Origin: Tepidisphaera sp.
Lineage (GTDB): Bacteria; Planctomycetota; Phycisphaerae; Phycisphaerales; UBA1924
DNA: 64,000 nucleotides
Assembly (NCBI GenBank): GCA_050916045.1
Contig: CP051526.1
Span: forward strand, 3,648,001 to 3,712,000
Reading direction: 5' to 3'
The notes under the pieces are model-generated. The model made no database searches. It worked only from the letters and a program-made list of their open reading frames with translations, and had not been told where the DNA came from. Shown piece after piece: positions 27,994 to 40,805 of this stretch (its first letter is position 1; the number at the start of each line of letters is the position of its first letter). The position numbers and the translations under genes are program-made.

Positions 27994-29319
27994 CTAGCCG
28001 CCCCGCCCGGCCCGCTCGCGCTGCTCGTCCCACTTTTCCGCCGGCCCCGCTTCCCACGCTTCACCCGCCTTGATCCACTGAAGCAGTTCCTCCCGTTCGC
28101 TCGCCGACAAAGTCACGACCCGGTCGCGGATGAACTCGAGGCAAGCCCGGACCTCCGCTCGCTCCTGCTTCTCAAGCCCGGACCATGCACCCTCTCGGGC
28201 CTCGTCGCTGGGCGGGTTCCACTCCTGGCCCGGTCGCTTGGGTCCGATGACCGTGCCCCAGTATCGCAAGAGCTTGATCGTGCACCAACGGACCATCTTC
28301 CGGCCGTAGAGCTCATCAACCCATCCCGGCGGTGCTCCCTCGCTTCGGATTGCTTCAGCGATCGCCGGCAGACGGCTTTGCTTCTCGCGTTCACCGGCCT
28401 CGAACCGCGGCGGGGGGTTCCACACCGGCGGAAAGTCGGCTCTCTCGCTCGCGATCAGCATCCGAATCCCGTCCTGCATCCTCCCTTCGGTCATCAAGCT
28501 CTCGAAGTGCGTCCGGTTTCGCGGCTGTACCTGCATCGATGGAAGCAGGCTCGCCCACGCGAGAACCGCCGCCATCGCGACTCCGACCGCGAATCGAGGC
28601 ATCGGCTTCCGAGCGCCGAGCGACGGGATCGTCCACTTCCGGGCGTTCCTGAACAGCGCGATCGAGCCCACGATCAGCCAAACTGGTGCCGAGAACACCG
28701 CAAACGCGTACGCGAGCACAGCCGTTTCCGCCACGATCTTGATCTCTTCCGGCTGCTGAAGCCCGCCCATCACGTCAAGCGTCGGCACCGGCATGGTCAT
28801 CAGCGCCGCGATCGCCACCGCGTCGCAGTAGATCATCATCGCGAAGAACGTCCCCGCGCCCCCGCTCTTCCCCTCAACACTCCAAAGCACGTTCAGCACC
28901 CGCGCCATCCACACCACCCGCACCACCGAAACCACCGCCAGCGACCACATGTTCGCCGCCACCGCCGCCGGCGCGGGCAGGAACTGCTCGTAAGGCACGC
29001 CGTAGACCCACCCCATCGGCGCCGCGAGCATGAACACGCCCAAGACCGACAAGTACGACCGCCAGAATGGTGGACGCGGGCTTTCCGATCCCAAAGCCCA
29101 GAACAACAGGTGGATCCCGAAAGCGTTCACCATCGCCGCCGCCACGCCGTGAAGCAGCTCGTACGGCTCGGCGAGCAGGTCCACCGTGTCGTACTTCCGG
29201 GCCAGACTCGCGCTCAGCACCAGAACGAACCCGACCAGAAGCGTCCATCGCGTGCTGGCGGCTTCCAGAATCGCTTCGCGGTTCCCGATGAGCACCCGCC
29301 AGGGCGTGGACCACTTCAT
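27994..29319 (-). CDS. Multi-pass membrane protein of unknown function
   Basis: About 7 hydrophobic segments then a soluble C-terminus; ATG overlaps the TGA of the upstream radical SAM gene (ATGA, 29316-29319). Confidence 0.75.
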   Translation of the reverse strand: MKWSTPWRVLIGNREAILEAASTRWTLLVGFVLVLSASLARKYDTVDLLAEPYELLHGVAAAMVNAFGIHLLFWALGSESPRPPFWRSYLSVLGVFMLAAPMGWVYGVPYEQFLPAPAAVAANMWSLAVVSVVRVVWMARVLNVLWSVEGKSGGAGTFFAMMIYCDAVAIAALMTMPVPTLDVMGGLQQPEEIKIVAETAVLAYAFAVFSAPVWLIVGSIALFRNARKWTIPSLGARKPMPRFAVGVAMAAVLAWASLLPSMQVQPRNRTHFESLMTEGRMQDGIRMLIASERADFPPVWNPPPRFEAGEREKQSRLPAIAEAIRSEGAPPGWVDELYGRKMVRWCTIKLLRYWGTVIGPKRPGQEWNPPSDEAREGAWSGLEKQERAEVRACLEFIRDRVVTLSASEREELLQWIKAGEAWEAGPAEKWDEQRERAGRGG

Positions 29320-30671
29320 GCACGACCTCCGTACCGATTCCCCCAAACCTCTCGCCGGATCTCCGCCCGCTTACCCGCGGGTCCCGCACCGTGAGCCATC
29401 GCGACCACGTTCCGGAATCCCCTCTCCAGCTCATCGACCGTCATCCGGTCCGGCACGAACGTCGCGTCAAAGAGCGTGCACGACGACCACCCGCGATCCG
29501 AAATCAGCCGCCCCTCACGCTCCAGCCTCGCTCGCAGCGCCGTCCCCGGGAACGCTGTCAGCATCGTCACCTGCACATCCGCAAGCGGGATCTCCGACAA
29601 GAGCTCGCCCAAAGCCGCCATCGACTCGTGTGTCTCGCCGTCGGACCCCACGATAAAGCAGCCGATCACCGCGACGCCGGCATCCTGCATCGCCAAGCAC
29701 GCATCAAGCACCCGGGCCTGGTCCGCCCGCTTCGCACCCATCCCCGCGTGCCCGTGCACCATGCTTTCAAACCCGACGAGCACCTGAACACACCCGGAAC
29801 CCGCCAGATCCCGCAGGACATCCGGCTTCTCGCCCAGACGCCAGTCAACCTCGGTGAAGTACCGCGCTCCCGAATCCGCGAGCACCTGGAGCAGGTCTCC
29901 CATCGGCCGCTTGCCCGCGAAGGTGTTGTCGTCCGCGAGCTCGATGACGGGTTTGGAGCCATGAATCCGCACGATCTCGCGGAGTTCCGCGGCGACTCGC
30001 TCCGCCGGCTTCTCCCGAAAGGGCCCCAGCATCCGGCTCGCCCCGCAAAAGTCGCACGCGAGCGGGCACCCGCGCTGGGTCTGCACCGTGAACCGCGGCC
30101 GCTCCTTCGTTCCGAGCAGGTCGTATCGCGGCATCGGCGACTGGGCGAGGTTGAACGGCGCTTGGGGCTCATAGATCCCGTACATGTGTCCGGCTTGGGC
30201 ATCCTCAAGCACGGTCGCCCACGTCGCTTCACCATCCCCCACCACCACCGCATCCGCAAACCGAGCCGCTTCCTGCGGACACACCGTCGCGTGCAAGCCG
30301 CCGATCACCGTCGCGATCATCTCCCCGCGGAGCACCTCGCACAACCGATACGCATCCTCGACCGACGCGGTCAGGGCGCTGATGGCGACAAAGGTCGGCT
30401 TCTCGCGGACCACCGCCTGCACCAGCGTCGCCATGGGGCCGACCGGCTTGCCATTCGCGTCAAAGCGTTCGCCGCTCTCGACGCCGGGTGCTTCGTGATA
30501 CGAAACCTCCCAAGGCTCGGGCGTCATGCCGGCAAGCGTCAGAAGTCCCAGAGCCGGAAGTCCGCCCAGAGCCTCCGCTCGATCGGTCAACCCCGGGAGG
30601 GTCATGCCCAACGCGAGCATCTCCGCCCGCCGCACACGAAACCCATGCATCGCGATCATCGCCACCCGCAT
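29316..30671 (-). CDS. B12-binding radical SAM protein
   Basis: PALGLLTLAG, IGGLHAT.CP.EA..ADAVVVGDGE (cobalamin-binding), QRGCPLACDFC (CxxxCxxC), ADDN, VGFES. Confidence 0.92.
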   Translation of the reverse strand: MRVAMIAMHGFRVRRAEMLALGMTLPGLTDRAEALGGLPALGLLTLAGMTPEPWEVSYHEAPGVESGERFDANGKPVGPMATLVQAVVREKPTFVAISALTASVEDAYRLCEVLRGEMIATVIGGLHATVCPQEAARFADAVVVGDGEATWATVLEDAQAGHMYGIYEPQAPFNLAQSPMPRYDLLGTKERPRFTVQTQRGCPLACDFCGASRMLGPFREKPAERVAAELREIVRIHGSKPVIELADDNTFAGKRPMGDLLQVLADSGARYFTEVDWRLGEKPDVLRDLAGSGCVQVLVGFESMVHGHAGMGAKRADQARVLDACLAMQDAGVAVIGCFIVGSDGETHESMAALGELLSEIPLADVQVTMLTAFPGTALRARLEREGRLISDRGWSSCTLFDATFVPDRMTVDELERGFRNVVAMAHGAGPAGKRAEIRREVWGNRYGGRA

Positions 30672-30742
30672 CACTTCAGCATACCGCCCGACCTGGGCAT
30701 CGTGTGCATCCGTCGCCCGCTTCACGTCGTGTACGATCACGC

Positions 30743-31834
30743 GTGTTCCGCCGCTTGGCTCTCCATCTCTCGGACCAGCTCGGCCTTTCCGGCCCGGACC
30801 AGCCATCCAAGCTGGCCGCGAACGATGAGCTTGTCTTCTTCCCGACCCTCGCCCGCCGCGAGACCGACGGTTCGGTGCTCATTCGCATCCACGGCTGGCT
30901 CTACCAGCCGGAAGATGACTCCCGCAAGCGCGAAGCTCTGCTCCGCACGCTCGCCAAGCTCTTCGCTCTGGGCGATTCAGATCCCTTTCCAGATGACGCC
31001 TACGCGACATTCCAAACGCGGGCCAAGCCATTCCTCGTCACCAACGAAGGCTGCAAACGCGTCGCGATCTCGATCGGCGGCCGCGTCTTCGTCATGCCCC
31101 GCTCGGGCTCGAACGGACACTTCGCCGGCGACCTGCTCCTCGACGCGGAGGCCGCAAAGCGAGCGGCTTCGGCTTCCGGCGATGCGATCGAGTTTTACGC
31201 GACGCTTCCGCCATCGCCCGGCACCACCCGGGATCGCGTCATCCGCGGAAGAGCAGCCCTTCTCGCAAGCACCGGAGTCTCCGTCGTGTCGGATATCGAC
31301 GACACGATCAGGCATTCGAGCGTCCAAAGCAAGCGTTTGCTGATCCGATCGACCTTCACCGAACCCTTCCGCCCCGTCGACGGAATGCCGGCGCTGCTGC
31401 GGCGGCTGGCTCCGCGAGCGGAAGACGCCGTGCACTACCTCTCCGCCGCTCCGTGGCAGCTCGGAGCGCCCATCGAAGCATTCCTCCGCGAGCACGGGTT
31501 TCCGCAGGGCTCGATCCATCTTCGCGCGATCCGGCTCAAGGACCGCTCGCTGCTCCAGCTCTTCAAGGAACCGACCGAGCACAAACTGACGTGCGTTCGC
31601 AAGCTGATGGCCCGCTGGCCCGAGCGGAGGTTCATCCTCGTCGGCGACAGCGGTGAGCAGGACCCGGAGATCTTCGCATTGCTCGCCCGCGAGCACCCCG
31701 GCCGCGTCGATCACGTCTACATCCGCGACACGACGGGGGAGTCGATGACTTCGTCGAGATACAAGCGGTCACTTTGGGCCGCGATGGATGAGCGGTGGAC
31801 GCTTTTCGTTGATGCGTCGGTCGTGAAGCCGTGA
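30743..31834 (+). CDS. App1-family phosphatidate phosphatase (DUF2183-like)
   Basis: VVSDIDDTIR, HYLSAAPWQL, GFPQGSIHLR, FILVGDSGEQDPEIF. Start uncertain (GTG 30743). Confidence 0.85.
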   Translation: MFRRLALHLSDQLGLSGPDQPSKLAANDELVFFPTLARRETDGSVLIRIHGWLYQPEDDSRKREALLRTLAKLFALGDSDPFPDDAYATFQTRAKPFLVTNEGCKRVAISIGGRVFVMPRSGSNGHFAGDLLLDAEAAKRAASASGDAIEFYATLPPSPGTTRDRVIRGRAALLASTGVSVVSDIDDTIRHSSVQSKRLLIRSTFTEPFRPVDGMPALLRRLAPRAEDAVHYLSAAPWQLGAPIEAFLREHGFPQGSIHLRAIRLKDRSLLQLFKEPTEHKLTCVRKLMARWPERRFILVGDSGEQDPEIFALLAREHPGRVDHVYIRDTTGESMTSSRYKRSLWAAMDERWTLFVDASVVKP

Positions 31835-31872
31835 AGCCTTTCCGTGCGGCCGCCGCTCATCGAGTCGCGGCT

Positions 31873-33429
31873 TCATTTCGGTCTGGATTCGGTCCCGTTG
31901 CCGGGAATGCGGGCGCCGATCGCCATGAAGGGCTGCAAGCTCTCCCGGCCGTTCCCGTTCACCCAGCGGAACTCGTACTCACCATCGCGTTCTGAAATGG
32001 TGCACTCGCCCGGACCGCGTCCGAAGCTTGGCACAAGCTCATCCGGACCCGCATAATCCTTCCACGCCCGCTCAAAGGCCCGGCGAGCATCATCAACCGA
32101 AGCGATGACATCGTGACCCATCGCGACTTCCCACCAGGCGTACTCGTAACGACGGTCGAGACCGAACGATTGATCGACTTGCGTGCGGACGAACGTCACC
32201 GAGCCGAGGCTGATCAGCGACAGAATGAACGCGACCCCGAAGCCCGCCGTCATGACCGCGCCCGCGCGCTGAAGACTCCAACGCCGCCCCCACGTGACGG
32301 GAAGCGTCAACACCCCGACGCACACGATCGCCACCCCGCAAGCGACCGCGAGCATGACCGGTTTGTCGGCGCGATCCGCGACGGTCCGCCCAAGGATTGA
32401 TCCGGGACCGAACGCGATGCGAAGGTCCCGACGCATCGCCTCCGGCGGGAAAGAGCCGACAAGCCGCGTGCCCCAGCTTGCACCGCTCGTCAGCGACCTG
32501 ACACCTTCGTGCGCGATCGCAACCCGGTTATCGCCGCTCCACAGCCATTTGTCCGGATCCCGCTCGAGCGGGCCGCTCGCGACGGCTTTCATCCCCGGCA
32601 CGCTCGCGGTGCCCGCGCCGTACACGAGAAGTTCGAGCTCAAGAGGCGTGCTCTCGCCTGCCGCTTGATTCCCGATCCCGGTCAATCTCATGGGATAGAC
32701 CGGTTCGCTGGTGAGGAAGCGGAGCGAGAGTGGATGCGGCGTCGTGATCGACTCCGTGGCGGGACGCAGCTTGGACGCGACGAAGCACCACCCCTCGCTC
32801 GCGTACTCATTGATGACGGCGGACTCCGCATCGGTCACACGCACGCCGAACTGCGCAAGCCAATCTCGCAAAGCCGCGCCGTCCGCGGAGGAGATCACGG
32901 CGATGTCGTACGAACCGACTCGTTCGGACTTGAGGACGACAACCTTCTGGTCGAGGCCTCCGCGTAAGCCTCTCGCATGCCCCACGACGTCCAGAAGCGA
33001 GAAAAGCACGCAGACGAGGACGAGAAAGCAGACCGCCTTTCCCACTGGCGTGCCCGTTGCGGCAAGCACAAGATGCATGCCGCCGACCAAGCACAGACTC
33101 AGAACGACGAGAGCGGGATGAACAAGCGAGGGTGAGCGATCGATGCGCGGATTGAACTGGGCGCGAGCTGACTCGAGGACGCCGGTCTCGATCGCAGAAA
33201 CTTCGGGGATGCTCGGTGCGGGAACGACCCATGCGGCTTCGGACTGGCTTCGCGATTCAAAGCGGGTCTGGATGACGAGAGTCTGGACACCATCGACCCA
33301 GGTGAGAACCGCTGCTTGGGCCGGCATCGGCGCGGGCTCGGCGCTGCGGCGGAAGATCTTCCCATCGCCGGAGCAACTCGCCGCGGCAAGCGCGATGGAG
33401 AACAGGAATGCGAGAACGCTCGCGGGCAT
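31873..33429 (-). CDS. DUF2330-like membrane-anchored protein
   Basis: Q.AVLTW..G.QTLVI, AWVVPAPS.PEV, VGSYDIAVI, LRDWL, Y..EGWCFVASKL, PVYPMRLT. Confidence 0.7.
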   Translation of the reverse strand: MPASVLAFLFSIALAAASCSGDGKIFRRSAEPAPMPAQAAVLTWVDGVQTLVIQTRFESRSQSEAAWVVPAPSIPEVSAIETGVLESARAQFNPRIDRSPSLVHPALVVLSLCLVGGMHLVLAATGTPVGKAVCFLVLVCVLFSLLDVVGHARGLRGGLDQKVVVLKSERVGSYDIAVISSADGAALRDWLAQFGVRVTDAESAVINEYASEGWCFVASKLRPATESITTPHPLSLRFLTSEPVYPMRLTGIGNQAAGESTPLELELLVYGAGTASVPGMKAVASGPLERDPDKWLWSGDNRVAIAHEGVRSLTSGASWGTRLVGSFPPEAMRRDLRIAFGPGSILGRTVADRADKPVMLAVACGVAIVCVGVLTLPVTWGRRWSLQRAGAVMTAGFGVAFILSLISLGSVTFVRTQVDQSFGLDRRYEYAWWEVAMGHDVIASVDDARRAFERAWKDYAGPDELVPSFGRGPGECTISERDGEYEFRWVNGNGRESLQPFMAIGARIPGNGTESRPK

Positions 33430-33517
33430 GCTCGCAGTCTATACGCGGCAACCCAGAACCAGGTCCGTCGCGCGGGCGCAGTGGCCGGTTGAGGAGACGA
33501 CGAGAAGCGTGCAGGGG

Positions 33518-33557
33518 AAAAAAGAAAGAACCCCTCCAGGTTTACCTGAAGGGGTTC
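33518..33557 (-). terminator. rRNA operon terminator
   Basis: GAACCCCTCCAGG-ttta-CCTGAAGGGGTTC with an A-rich tract on the left, directly after the 5S gene. Confidence 0.85.
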
Positions 33558-33561
33558 AAGA

Positions 33562-33668
33562 GTCGGCGATGACCTACTTTCCCGCGGTGCAGTATCATCG
33601 GCGTCGTTGGCTTAACTGCTGTGTTCGGGATGGGAACAGGTGTTGCCCAACGACTGTTGTCACCGACA
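33562..33668 (-). rRNA. rrf: 5S rRNA
   Basis: Reverse strand reads GTCGGTGAC..ACACCTGTTCCCATCCCGAACACAGCAGTTAAG..GCCGATGATACT..GGGAAAGTAGGTCATCGCCGAC; ends pair with each other. Confidence 0.95.
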
Positions 33669-33864
33669 AATCTCGCCGCCCGCTCTCACGAGCGGCGAGG
33701 GATTATCCGGAGTGGCGAAGATGAATTGGACGGCTGCGATCGGGTGATCGGAACCGAGAACCGGCGATGCCGGGATTTTGAACGTGAAACCAAACACGGT
33801 TTCAAGAGATCAACGAGTGACCGGGCATGTGGCAGGCTGAGCCTGACACGAAGCCACGGCGACT

Positions 33865-36610
<2,746 letters not shown>

Positions 36611-36899
36611 GGTTGCCGAGACTTTCGCCCCGTCACCGATCGATCTGACTCCCTGCTCCAGAGCCTGGACTACAGGGAATACCGATCTCGCAGACTTCAA
36701 CCCCCCGGATTGCTCCGACAGGCTTGGGTCCTTGACACCGGCACCAACCATTCATCGATCTTCTATCGCCGTGTTTGCGCTTCTCATTCAAACACTCGGT
36801 TTCTTCTAACCTTCACGAGAACGTCCTGCAGCCCGCCTCTTGCCGACAAGCACCCATCACGGTGTCGCCGGCTGCGGGCCTGCATTCATCTTCACCTAT

Positions 36900-37017
36900 C
36901 CGGATGTCAAAGAAGGCTGTCGCGTCGGCCTTTCGCCTTGGCGACTGTCCCTTCCCGTTCAGCGTTTCGGCCGATTGGGTTGGGAGGGAAGTCTAGTGAG
37001 CAGCCCGGCAGGGTCAA
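36900..37017 (-). promoter_or_regulatory. Dedicated rRNA promoter and boxA-like element
   Basis: Minus strand TTGACC (37017-37012), 16 bp, TAGACT (36995-36990); boxA-like CCTTCTTTGACA near 36916-36905. Confidence 0.7.
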
Positions 37018-37077
37018 GCCTCCGGGCAGAATGTTTTGCACAAACCTAGCCGTTACCGGCAGTTGCGCCTGAGCGAC

Positions 37078-39219
37078 TCAGCCGCCACCGCCGCCGCCGC
37101 CACCGCCACCCTTGCCACCAGGGCCTTCCGGCTGGTTCTCGGGCTCGCGATCCGGACGCCTGTTCTGCTTCGGTTCGATCTTCGGCTGGGCAGCCAACTC
37201 GCCCGCATCGGCCGAAGAGCGCACCCGGCGGTAAACCTCGCTCTTGCCGTCCGATTCCGGGGACTTGGCGACCACCTGGCCGTCCTGGCTCCGCAGAATG
37301 GCCAGGAGCTGACGCTCGAGGCCGGGAATCGGCTGGACGTCCAGCATCACGACCGAAGCCGTCTCGCGGAAGACGAGCTTGTCCTTTGCGGGGAGCCAGC
37401 CCGGACCCGGGGGTGCGTCCGGATTGGCCGGCTGACCCGGCTGGTTGTTGCCCGCCGGCTGCGGAGCGACGCCGCGGCCACCATCGCGTCCGCCGGGCTG
37501 AACCGGAGCCGGAACGTTGGGGTCGGCCGCCGGCACGGGGCCTTCTGGCGCAAGCCAGAGCTTGGGCAGCTTGGCTTCTCCGATAATCGGGTCGCCGGGC
37601 TCGAGGGAAGCTACCGCTTTGCGGTAGTACCCGTAGTAGTACTGGTACATCTCGGCCTGGGCGGTCGGGATGTTCTGCCGGAGCGAGTCGCGGTTGGTGC
37701 TGGTGATGAACCAGTACGCATCGCGGTCGACCGTCACTTCGGGCGTCCAGTCGGTCCAGGCGGAATGCGCCAGCGACTCGGAAGCCAGATCGAGCTGAGC
37801 CTTGTCGTTCTTCTTGAGGAGGATCTCCTTGCCGAAGATCGGGTTGTTCATCGCGACGCGGAGGCGATACCGGTAGGTCTTGCCCGGCTCGGCCGTGATG
37901 TCGTGGGCGTAGAGCTTGAAGTCGTCCCGATCGAGGAGCTTCTTCGTCGTGCCGGCGTCCGGGGTCGCCGGACCCTCGGCGGGAGCGCCCTCGGGAGCCA
38001 GGGGATCGGGCAGGACGCCGCCCATGTCGGCGACATCCTTCTTGATGCGCTCGATGTCGCTCTCAAGCTGGGTGATCTGGCGCGTGAGGCGGGCTCGCTT
38101 GGCCGCGGGCGTCTCTTCCTTCGGAGCTTCCGGCTGGGGGGTTGCGCCGCGGCCGGGCTCGGACGGTGCGCCCTTTCCGCCGCCACCACCGCCACCGCCG
38201 CCGGAGCGTGCGGGAGGGGGCGTGGTTTCCGGACGCCGCCTCTCGTCGGGCGGGAGCGTCGCAAGCTCGGCTTTGAGGGTCGCGAGTTGCTCGGACTTCT
38301 GCTTGAACTGCTGCGAAAGGGTGGCGAACTTGTTGGGGTCGAAGTTGGCCTCGGCCTGGGCCGCGAGAACGCTGGGCTCGATCCAGCTCCCGACGATCAT
38401 GTCGTAGAAGGGCGGGCGCTGGATCTCCTCTGAGCGGGTGCTGGCTTCGGCGACCAGAGCGGCGACCGCGCCGCCATCTTTGGCTTCGGAGTTCCACCGC
38501 TTGAGGAAGTCGATGCGGCCGGGGATGGCGGGAAGGATCGTCGCGGCGGACCAGGATCCGTCGGCTTTGAGTTCCTGACGTTCGACCTCGACACCGACGA
38601 TCTCAACCTTGTCGAACCACCAATCGGCGGGAAGAGCGGCGAGCGGGCCGGCGGCGTCGGGGTCGGCTTCGAGAGCGGCCTTGAGCGCCTTGCCGTTCAT
38701 CGTGGCTTCCACGCTGACGGCGGCTTTATCGAGGGGCTGTTCCTTGGGGAGGAAAGGGACAAGCGCGGGGATCTCGACGCGCTCACGCGGGTCGATCGTG
38801 CCGCGGAACTGGGCCGCGAAGAGGTTGGCGGGCGCCGGAGCGACAAACGCCGCGTAGGTTGCGTCTCCCGCCGCACCGCCGCCGCCGCCGGGGCCAAGAG
38901 CGAGCACCGAGCCCATGGAGGGGAGCGTGCCCGCCGTTGCCACGGGCTTGCCGAAGAGCTCAGGGAACTTCGTCAGCGGCGAGATGTCGACGGGCTCGGG
39001 GAGAGTCGGCGAGGCAGTCTCGGACTTGCGGAGGAGCTCGGAAGCGGCGCTCTCCACGGGCTTGTAGGCGTCGGCGATGCCGACCTGGTCCTTGCCGACG
39101 GTCACGGTGCTCTGCGAGAGGAACTGCCAACCCACAACGCCGAGGAGGCCGACGCCGACGGCGCCGACGACGAGCTTCTCGACGTGCTGTTCAAACGGGT
39201 TGATGCCTTTGAGTTTCAT
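37078..39219 (-). CDS. Membrane-anchored hypothetical protein, third gene of the pilM operon
   Basis: N-terminal TM, coiled coil, FN3-like D.TAEPGKTYRYRLRV..NP motif; GGAG RBS. Confidence 0.75.
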   Translation of the reverse strand: MKLKGINPFEQHVEKLVVGAVGVGLLGVVGWQFLSQSTVTVGKDQVGIADAYKPVESAASELLRKSETASPTLPEPVDISPLTKFPELFGKPVATAGTLPSMGSVLALGPGGGGGAAGDATYAAFVAPAPANLFAAQFRGTIDPRERVEIPALVPFLPKEQPLDKAAVSVEATMNGKALKAALEADPDAAGPLAALPADWWFDKVEIVGVEVERQELKADGSWSAATILPAIPGRIDFLKRWNSEAKDGGAVAALVAEASTRSEEIQRPPFYDMIVGSWIEPSVLAAQAEANFDPNKFATLSQQFKQKSEQLATLKAELATLPPDERRRPETTPPPARSGGGGGGGGGKGAPSEPGRGATPQPEAPKEETPAAKRARLTRQITQLESDIERIKKDVADMGGVLPDPLAPEGAPAEGPATPDAGTTKKLLDRDDFKLYAHDITAEPGKTYRYRLRVAMNNPIFGKEILLKKNDKAQLDLASESLAHSAWTDWTPEVTVDRDAYWFITSTNRDSLRQNIPTAQAEMYQYYYGYYRKAVASLEPGDPIIGEAKLPKLWLAPEGPVPAADPNVPAPVQPGGRDGGRGVAPQPAGNNQPGQPANPDAPPGPGWLPAKDKLVFRETASVVMLDVQPIPGLERQLLAILRSQDGQVVAKSPESDGKSEVYRRVRSSADAGELAAQPKIEPKQNRRPDREPENQPEGPGGKGGGGGGGGGG

Positions 39220-39290
39220 GGAACGCTCCGTGAACGGGCGGGATGACCGCCGGAATACTGCTTGGTGATTCGAGAGCCTGTGGATCGAAC

Positions 39291-40805
39291 TTAACCGCCG
39301 CCCCTGCCGCCGCGGAGCTTGTCCGGGAGGACGGGTGCCGGCCCGCCGTCACGGCCGCCGTTGCCGAACGGATCGCCCATGGGCGTGTCTCCCGCGCCGC
39401 TGGCCATCTCGGCGTCGTCGGCCACTTCGCCTTCCTTGAGGGGCATGCCCAGACGCTTCCTGACGCCGGAGGGGAAAAGATCCTGCGTCCAACCGCGGAG
39501 CCAGAGGGTCTCGACCTTGATCGAAGCCCGCACGACGGCTTCGGGGCCGTAGTAGTAGCCGCGCTCAAGATCGCCCCGGACGTCGACCTCGTCGAGATCG
39601 ATGTCGGTGATCGTCATGAAGTTCGTGCGGGCGAAGGCGTTGAAGAGCTCCTTGATCCGCGAGGAACTGACGACCAGCACGAGTTCGGCCGTGCGGACGT
39701 CGTACATCGGATTGCCGGGCGAGCTCTTGCGGCCCGTCACGGAAATGAGCGGATCGGTGGGCACCAGGCCCGCGAGCTGCTCGATCGGCGTGGCCGGGGT
39801 CGCGACCGCTTCGGTGCCCAGATTCGGGTCGACTGCTGCGCCACTGCTGGAGGCAAAGGGCGAGCCAAGGGAGATTCGCTCGACCCGCTTGACGACGGAG
39901 GTGTTGATGTTGCCCAGGGTGCCGCCGCTGGTGGAGTTCGCGACGCGGATCGCCGAGAAGAGGTCCCGCATCATCCAGTAGTCCATCTGCCACTGGAAAG
40001 CACGGGAGACCGCCGGCGGACGATCCGGAATCGACTTGGGAATCAGCGAACCCGTCGCGTTCTGGTTGCCCTCGATCGGGAGCGCATCGGTCGTCGCGTA
40101 GACCGAGATCTGAGCGGCACGGTTGAGGTGGGAACGGCGGCGGAAGTCGAGAAGAGCCTTTGAAAGCTCGGCTTCCTCGGCTTCAGCGAGCTTGCGTTCC
40201 GCTCCGCCGGCGCCGAGCAGTCGCTGCACCTGCGTGGCTTTTTCGCTGTCGAGCTGCTTGGAAAGCTGCTGGGGATCAACAGGCTCACCGGCGTTGAGAA
40301 TCTCGCGGAGCATCTCCTCGTACACCGAGGGCTTGTTCCGGCTGGAGACCAGACGCTCGGCGAACCGGTTGGTGAGCTCGGTGACGGGAGCGTTGGCGGC
40401 GGGAGCGGGGAAAAGCCCGCCCACGAGCGGCTCGTGAAGCTTGCGGCCAACGGCGGCCGCCATCGGGCCCTTGCCGTGGTTGAAGTCGACAGCGGTCTGG
40501 ACGACGTCCTTCGCGGCTTTGTCGCTTTTGGCGCGTTCGGCGGCGAAGAACTTGTTGAGTTCGGCGTTGGCGGGCTCGCTGAGATCAACACCCGTGCCGC
40601 CGGGGGTGACCGGTGCCAGCGAGTACTTGAACTTGGCGCCCTGAACGTCGGTCATCCGCTTGGACGCCTGCTCGGCGCGCTGCTTGCGGATGCCGCCGCC
40701 CCACATCGACGCACCGAAGTACGCGGCGGGGACGGAGATGACGATGATCGCCGAGAAGACGACCACGAGCGTGTTGGCTTTCACCCAGGCGAGGACCTTT
40801 TTCAT
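39291..40805 (-). CDS. Membrane-anchored protein, possible divergent PilO-like component
   Basis: N-terminal TM; start overlaps the pilM stop; C-terminal LVLVVSS..IKELFNAF..NFMTITDIDL. The PilO assignment rests on position only. Confidence 0.65.
   Translation of the reverse strand: MKKVLAWVKANTLVVVFSAIIVISVPAAYFGASMWGGGIRKQRAEQASKRMTDVQGAKFKYSLAPVTPGGTGVDLSEPANAELNKFFAAERAKSDKAAKDVVQTAVDFNHGKGPMAAAVGRKLHEPLVGGLFPAPAANAPVTELTNRFAERLVSSRNKPSVYEEMLREILNAGEPVDPQQLSKQLDSEKATQVQRLLGAGGAERKLAEAEEAELSKALLDFRRRSHLNRAAQISVYATTDALPIEGNQNATGSLIPKSIPDRPPAVSRAFQWQMDYWMMRDLFSAIRVANSTSGGTLGNINTSVVKRVERISLGSPFASSSGAAVDPNLGTEAVATPATPIEQLAGLVPTDPLISVTGRKSSPGNPMYDVRTAELVLVVSSSRIKELFNAFARTNFMTITDIDLDEVDVRGDLERGYYYGPEAVVRASIKVETLWLRGWTQDLFPSGVRKRLGMPLKEGEVADDAEMASGAGDTPMGDPFGNGGRDGGPAPVLPDKLRGGRGGG

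Noticed and set aside
36611..37077. tRNA genes in the rRNA leader
   Set aside because: No cloverleaf with GTTCRA T-loop and CCA end found on either strand.
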